In this document: in pieces, positions 28,156 through 32,000 of the stretch
How the letters are laid out: every line of letters begins with the position of its first letter
How positions within the stretch are numbered: the stretch's first letter is position 1
Source: Mycolicibacterium smegmatis
GTDB taxonomy: Bacteria > Actinomycetota > Actinomycetes > Mycobacteriales > Mycobacteriaceae
Length of the DNA: 32,000 nt
Direction: 5' to 3'
Assembly (NCBI RefSeq): GCF_001457595.1
Contig: NZ_LN831039.1
Span: 1,200,001 to 1,232,000, forward strand
Program-made: the position numbers and the translations under genes
Notes under the pieces: generated by a model
What the model was told of the DNA's origin: nothing
Database searches by the model: none
The model's input: the letters and a program-made list of their open reading frames with translations, nothing else

Positions 28156-30961
28156 TCCGCTTGATCTTCCTCCCGGATATTCCATCGAACCGAAGACTGG
28201 TGCGTGGGTCACGTTGCCGTGGCCGGGAACTGACCATCTGCCGCCGAGTTTGGGTCCGCTGCTGATCCGGTGGGCGGAGAACCGGTTGACGGAGGCCGAG
28301 TTTGAGTTGTTTGGCCCTGGGCTGATCGATTACCAGACCGGTGAGGATTGGCGGTTCACCCCTGGGCAGCGTCGTTTCTTGCATCTGTGGTACGCCTACG
28401 ACGAGGACGGCAGGTTTCTGTACCGGTCGGGCGTGAAGCGGGGGGCCAAAGGGCCGATCACTCACACCACTCCGGTGATGACACCGGACGGCTGGGTCAA
28501 GCACGGCGACCTTCGGGTCGGCTCGCGGGTCTACGCGGTCGACGGCTCGATCACCACGGTGACCGACTTGCGCCCCGAGGTCCTGGAGGACACCTACCGG
28601 ATCACGTTCCGCGACGGGGCGACGGTGGAGTGCACCGGATCGCACCGCTGGCCGGTCGATGAGTTCACCGGTGGCCGCAGGCGGGTCCGCCGCATCGTCA
28701 CGGTTGACGAGATGCTGGCCGCTGGCCTGGCCTTCGAGCGTCCGCTGACGACCGGCAGGACCAAGGCGGCCAGGGGCGGTGTGGCTCGGTTTCGTGCGCT
28801 GCCGTCCCCGGCGGTCGAGGGCGGGCACGTCGATTTGGGGATCGACCCCTATGTCCTCGGGTACTGGCTCGGCGACGGCGACTCCGACTGCGCTCGGGTG
28901 ACCGGCAGCACCGAGGACCTTGGTGCGTTCATCAACGAGCTGGATCGACTGGGCATCGCGCACGGCCAGCCCTCGGCGACTCACGGCGACACCCATCGCA
29001 TGGGGATCGGCAGTGGCGCCCAGGCGGCCCTCAGAAGCCTCGGAGTCCTGGGCTACAAGCACATCCCCGCCGAGGTGCTCAGAGCGTCTCTGACACAACG
29101 CTGGTCGGTGCTGCAGGGCCTTGTGGACAGCGACGGGACCGTCTCAGCCAACGGCCAGGTGGAGATCTGCATCCTGGACAACCAGCTCGGCCACGACGTC
29201 TTCGAGCTGGCCGTATCGCTCGGCCTGATGCCGACGAAGACCTACCGCGACGTCACGCTGGGCGGAAAGACCTACGGTCCCTATGTCCGCATCCGTTTCA
29301 CCCCGCAGCCCGGTGAGATCGTCAGCCGCCTTCCGCGAAAGCTGGCACGGTGCAAAACCACTGGTATGGCGATGCCCTTCTCACGGAGCCGCACCATCGT
29401 CTCAATCGAGAAGATCGCCTCAGCACCCGCCCGGTGCCTGACGGTGGCTCACGAGGCGCACCAGTACCTGGTGGGCACTCACAACATCCCGACCTGCAAC
29501 ACCGGGAAAGATCCCATGGCCGCTGCACACGGCAACATTGAACTTGCGGGCCCTTCGCAACTTGTATGGGATAATGAAAAGGGATGCTGGACAGCCGTTC
29601 CCCATCGGATGCCAACGGTTCAGATCGCATCCAACTCTGAAGCCCAGTCGAAGGACACTCTCCGCATTGCGAATGCGATGTGGTCGAATGACGCCAGGGC
29701 GTGGCATGGGTTGGATTGCGGTGAGACCCGCACCATTCTGAAGGGTCGGGGCCGTTTCGAGGTCCTGACGGCTTCTGAGGCGTCTTCTGAGGGTGATCCG
29801 GCGACGTTCATCATCCTCAACGAATCCCACCATATGACAGCGACTTCCGGTGGGCACAAGTTGGCTGCGGTTGCCCGCCGCAACGTGGGCAAATCTCCTC
29901 GGGAGATTCAGGCCCGCTTGGTGGAGTACACGAACGCTCATGCGATGGGGGCGGATTCGACGGCCCAGCAGAGCTTTGAGGCGTGGCAGCAGCAGGTGTC
30001 GGGCGAGTTCCCGAACTTGAAGCAGGACATTTTGTACGACTCGGTTGAGGCCGACCCGAACTTGTCGATCTTCAACAACCAGGACCTGCGGAAGGCCTTG
30101 GAGCAGGCGTACTCGGACGCTCCGTGGGCTGATCTGGACCGCCTGATGGACGAGGTTCGTGATCCTCGCGTTACGGCGGCGGAGTCAATCCGGTTCTACT
30201 TGAACGGCCTGGCCCTGTTGGAGGACTCCTGGGTGGACCCGAGGGCTTGGGACACTCTGTCGCGGCCGGATGAGGTTGTGGCGGACCGGGAACAGATCAC
30301 GATGTTCTTGGACTGTTCGAAGTCTGGTGACGCCACAGGCCTTGTGGGTGTCCGTGTTTCGGATGGCTTCACGTTCGTCTTGGGTGTGTGGCAGCCCCCG
30401 AAGGGCGGCCGGAACCACGGATGGCTCGCTCCCCGTGAAGAGGTTGATGCGGCGGTCCGTGAGGCGTTCGACCGGTACCGGGTGATGTGGTTTGGGGTGG
30501 ACCCGTCACCGGCCACCGACGACGAGACTGAGGCCCTGTACTGGGCGGATCTGGTGGACGCCTGGCACCGCGATTTTCACAACAAGGTGAAGTTGTGGGC
30601 CACGCCGGGACAGGCCACAGGCCACGCCGTGAAGTTCGACATGCGGCTGTCTCAGCCCCGGGCTTATGAGCGGATGAAGGCGTTCACGGAGATGGCCGAG
30701 TTGTGCGCCCAATGGGTGGACGACGAACAGATTTTGATTCACGACGGCAACCCGGCTTTGCGGCTGCACGTCCACAACGCGAGGCGACGCCAGAACAAGT
30801 GGGGTGTCTCGCTCGGCAAGGAGTCCCGCGACTCGAAGAAGCACGTTGACCTGGCCGTCTGCCTGGTGGGTGCCCAGTTGGGTAGGCGATTCATTTTGAA
30901 CAACACGAAAGTCCGCACGGGCGGTGCGGTGAGGAAGAGGAAAGTGTCGGTGCTCAATTGA
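28148..30961 (+). CDS. Terminase large subunit, intein-containing
   Basis: Exteins: WRFTPGQRRFLHLWYAYDEDGRFLYRSGVKRGAKG / TGKDPMAAAHGNIEL, FIILNESHHMTATSGGHKLAAVARRN, ITMFLDCSKSGDATGLVGVR. Confidence 0.92.
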   Translation: MTDPLDLPPGYSIEPKTGAWVTLPWPGTDHLPPSLGPLLIRWAENRLTEAEFELFGPGLIDYQTGEDWRFTPGQRRFLHLWYAYDEDGRFLYRSGVKRGAKGPITHTTPVMTPDGWVKHGDLRVGSRVYAVDGSITTVTDLRPEVLEDTYRITFRDGATVECTGSHRWPVDEFTGGRRRVRRIVTVDEMLAAGLAFERPLTTGRTKAARGGVARFRALPSPAVEGGHVDLGIDPYVLGYWLGDGDSDCARVTGSTEDLGAFINELDRLGIAHGQPSATHGDTHRMGIGSGAQAALRSLGVLGYKHIPAEVLRASLTQRWSVLQGLVDSDGTVSANGQVEICILDNQLGHDVFELAVSLGLMPTKTYRDVTLGGKTYGPYVRIRFTPQPGEIVSRLPRKLARCKTTGMAMPFSRSRTIVSIEKIASAPARCLTVAHEAHQYLVGTHNIPTCNTGKDPMAAAHGNIELAGPSQLVWDNEKGCWTAVPHRMPTVQIASNSEAQSKDTLRIANAMWSNDARAWHGLDCGETRTILKGRGRFEVLTASEASSEGDPATFIILNESHHMTATSGGHKLAAVARRNVGKSPREIQARLVEYTNAHAMGADSTAQQSFEAWQQQVSGEFPNLKQDILYDSVEADPNLSIFNNQDLRKALEQAYSDAPWADLDRLMDEVRDPRVTAAESIRFYLNGLALLEDSWVDPRAWDTLSRPDEVVADREQITMFLDCSKSGDATGLVGVRVSDGFTFVLGVWQPPKGGRNHGWLAPREEVDAAVREAFDRYRVMWFGVDPSPATDDETEALYWADLVDAWHRDFHNKVKLWATPGQATGHAVKFDMRLSQPRAYERMKAFTEMAELCAQWVDDEQILIHDGNPALRLHVHNARRRQNKWGVSLGKESRDSKKHVDLAVCLVGAQLGRRFILNNTKVRTGGAVRKRKVSVLN
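28454..29500 (+). other. Intein in TerL (349 aa), class 3 type, with LAGLIDADG endonuclease
   Basis: P1 ITHTTPVMTPDGWVKHGDLRVGSRVYA; block B ECTGSHRW; endonuclease VLGYWLGDGD and VLQGLVDSDGTV; block F ARCLTVAHEAHQYLV; terminus IPTCN|T. Removing it restores RGAKG-TGKDPMAA. Confidence 0.9.
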
Positions 30962-32000
30962 CGCTTGCGCTCAACATTCCCGGACTGTCCCCGGCTGACC
31001 GTGACACGTTGCACCAGTTGGTGCAGCAGCTGGAGAACAAGCGGGCCCGGAACGCTCTGCGGTCCCAGTATTACGACGGGAAGGCCCTTTTCAAGGATTT
31101 GGGCATCTCGACCCCGCCGAAGTTCCGCAACTTTGAGGCCGTCTTGGGGTGGCCCGCGAAGGCTGTGGATTCGCTGTCTCGCCGCTGCATCCTGGAGGGG
31201 TTTGTCATCCCCGGCCAGTCCTCGCAGGACCTAGGCATCGAGGACATGTGGTTCGACAACGCCTTGGACATCGAGGTGCCGCAGGCCCACGATTCGGCGT
31301 TCATCCACTCCTGTGCGTTCGTGACCACCATCCGTGGCGACGTCCGTTCCGGTGAGCCCGAGGTCCTGATCATGGTCCGGGACGCCTTCAACGCGACCGG
31401 CCTGTGGAACCCGCGTAGGCGTGGCTTCGACGCCGGCCTGTCGATTGTGGAGCGGGACAAAGAGGGGGCCCCGCTGTACATCATCATGTACCTGCCGGAA
31501 AAGGTGCTGATCCTGACCCGCGACTACCTGGGTGGACCGTGGCGGATTGCTCAGCGGCCCAATCCTCTTGGTCGCGTGCCGATGGAGCCGATCACGTACC
31601 GGCCGCGTCTGGGGTATCCGTTCGGGAAGTCCCGGATCACCCGCCCGGTCATGTACATCACGGACGCGGCGATCCGCACCGTGGTCCGCAGCGAGATCGG
31701 TGCCGAGTTCTTCACGGCCCCGCAGCGGTACGGCTTGAACATCCCGGAGGATGCGTTCGCCAATGGTGGCTGGAACGCCCTCATGGGCCGGTTCCTGGCC
31801 CTGGAGCCTCCGTCGCCGGATGAAGAGGTTGACCCGAATTTCAAACCCGAGGTGGGTCAGTTCCCGCAGATGACGATGCAGCCGCATTCGGAACAGCTTC
31901 GCCAGTGGGCTGCCTTGTTCGCGGCGGAGACTTCGATCCCGGTGTCCTCGCTGGGTGTGGTGCAGGACAACCCGTCTTCGGCGGAGGCTTTGTATGCCTC
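30958..32000 (+). CDS. Portal protein, TTG start, 3'-truncated by the window edge
   Basis: MTLALNIPGLSPADRDTLHQLVQQLENKRARNALRSQYYDGKALFKDLGISTPPKFRNFEAVLGWPAKAVDSLSRRCILEGF...GVVQDNPSSAEALYA; immediately follows terL. Confidence 0.88.
   Translation, partial: MTLALNIPGLSPADRDTLHQLVQQLENKRARNALRSQYYDGKALFKDLGISTPPKFRNFEAVLGWPAKAVDSLSRRCILEGFVIPGQSSQDLGIEDMWFDNALDIEVPQAHDSAFIHSCAFVTTIRGDVRSGEPEVLIMVRDAFNATGLWNPRRRGFDAGLSIVERDKEGAPLYIIMYLPEKVLILTRDYLGGPWRIAQRPNPLGRVPMEPITYRPRLGYPFGKSRITRPVMYITDAAIRTVVRSEIGAEFFTAPQRYGLNIPEDAFANGGWNALMGRFLALEPPSPDEEVDPNFKPEVGQFPQMTMQPHSEQLRQWAALFAAETSIPVSSLGVVQDNPSSAEALYA

Noticed and set aside
28115-29098. 327-aa minus-strand ORF
   Set aside because: Antisense to TerL and its intein.

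Overview
The window looks like an actinobacterial (mycobacterial-type) chromosome segment entering a tailed-phage prophage. About 1-6.9 kb is ordinary host DNA: an aldehyde dehydrogenase, a sulfonate/nitrate-type ABC importer (SBP, ATPase, permease), an LLM-class FMN monooxygenase, a decayed MFS gene and a YajQ-family gene. It is followed by tRNA-Tyr(GTA). A tyrosine integrase abuts the 3' end of this tRNA, so attL is inferred there; attR lies outside the window. The prophage carries HTH regulators, a possible O-like initiator gene with internal palindromic repeats, and Zn-ribbon proteins. It then has an unusual sugar/fibre module: GT-B-like glycosyltransferase, nucleotidyltransferase, complete GlmM, collagen-like fibre proteins, a GT25-like glycosyltransferase and, further on, complete bifunctional GlmU. 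An IS1096-like element (26-bp imperfect IRs, exact 8-bp TSD) is inserted in an HNH gene. A four-gene minus-strand cassette of unknown function sits just upstream of TerS, TerL and portal. TerL is interrupted in its P-loop by an intein with class 3 hallmarks (Pro1, W-C-T triad) and a LAGLIDADG endonuclease. The most interesting leads are the phage-encoded UDP-GlcNAc supply plus glycosyltransferases next to collagen-like fibres, a probable -1 frameshift at C5G4 that restores a Gly-X-Y frame, the class 3 TerL intein, and the unexplained terminase-proximal cassette. All assignments are from reading sequence motifs; no database search was run.
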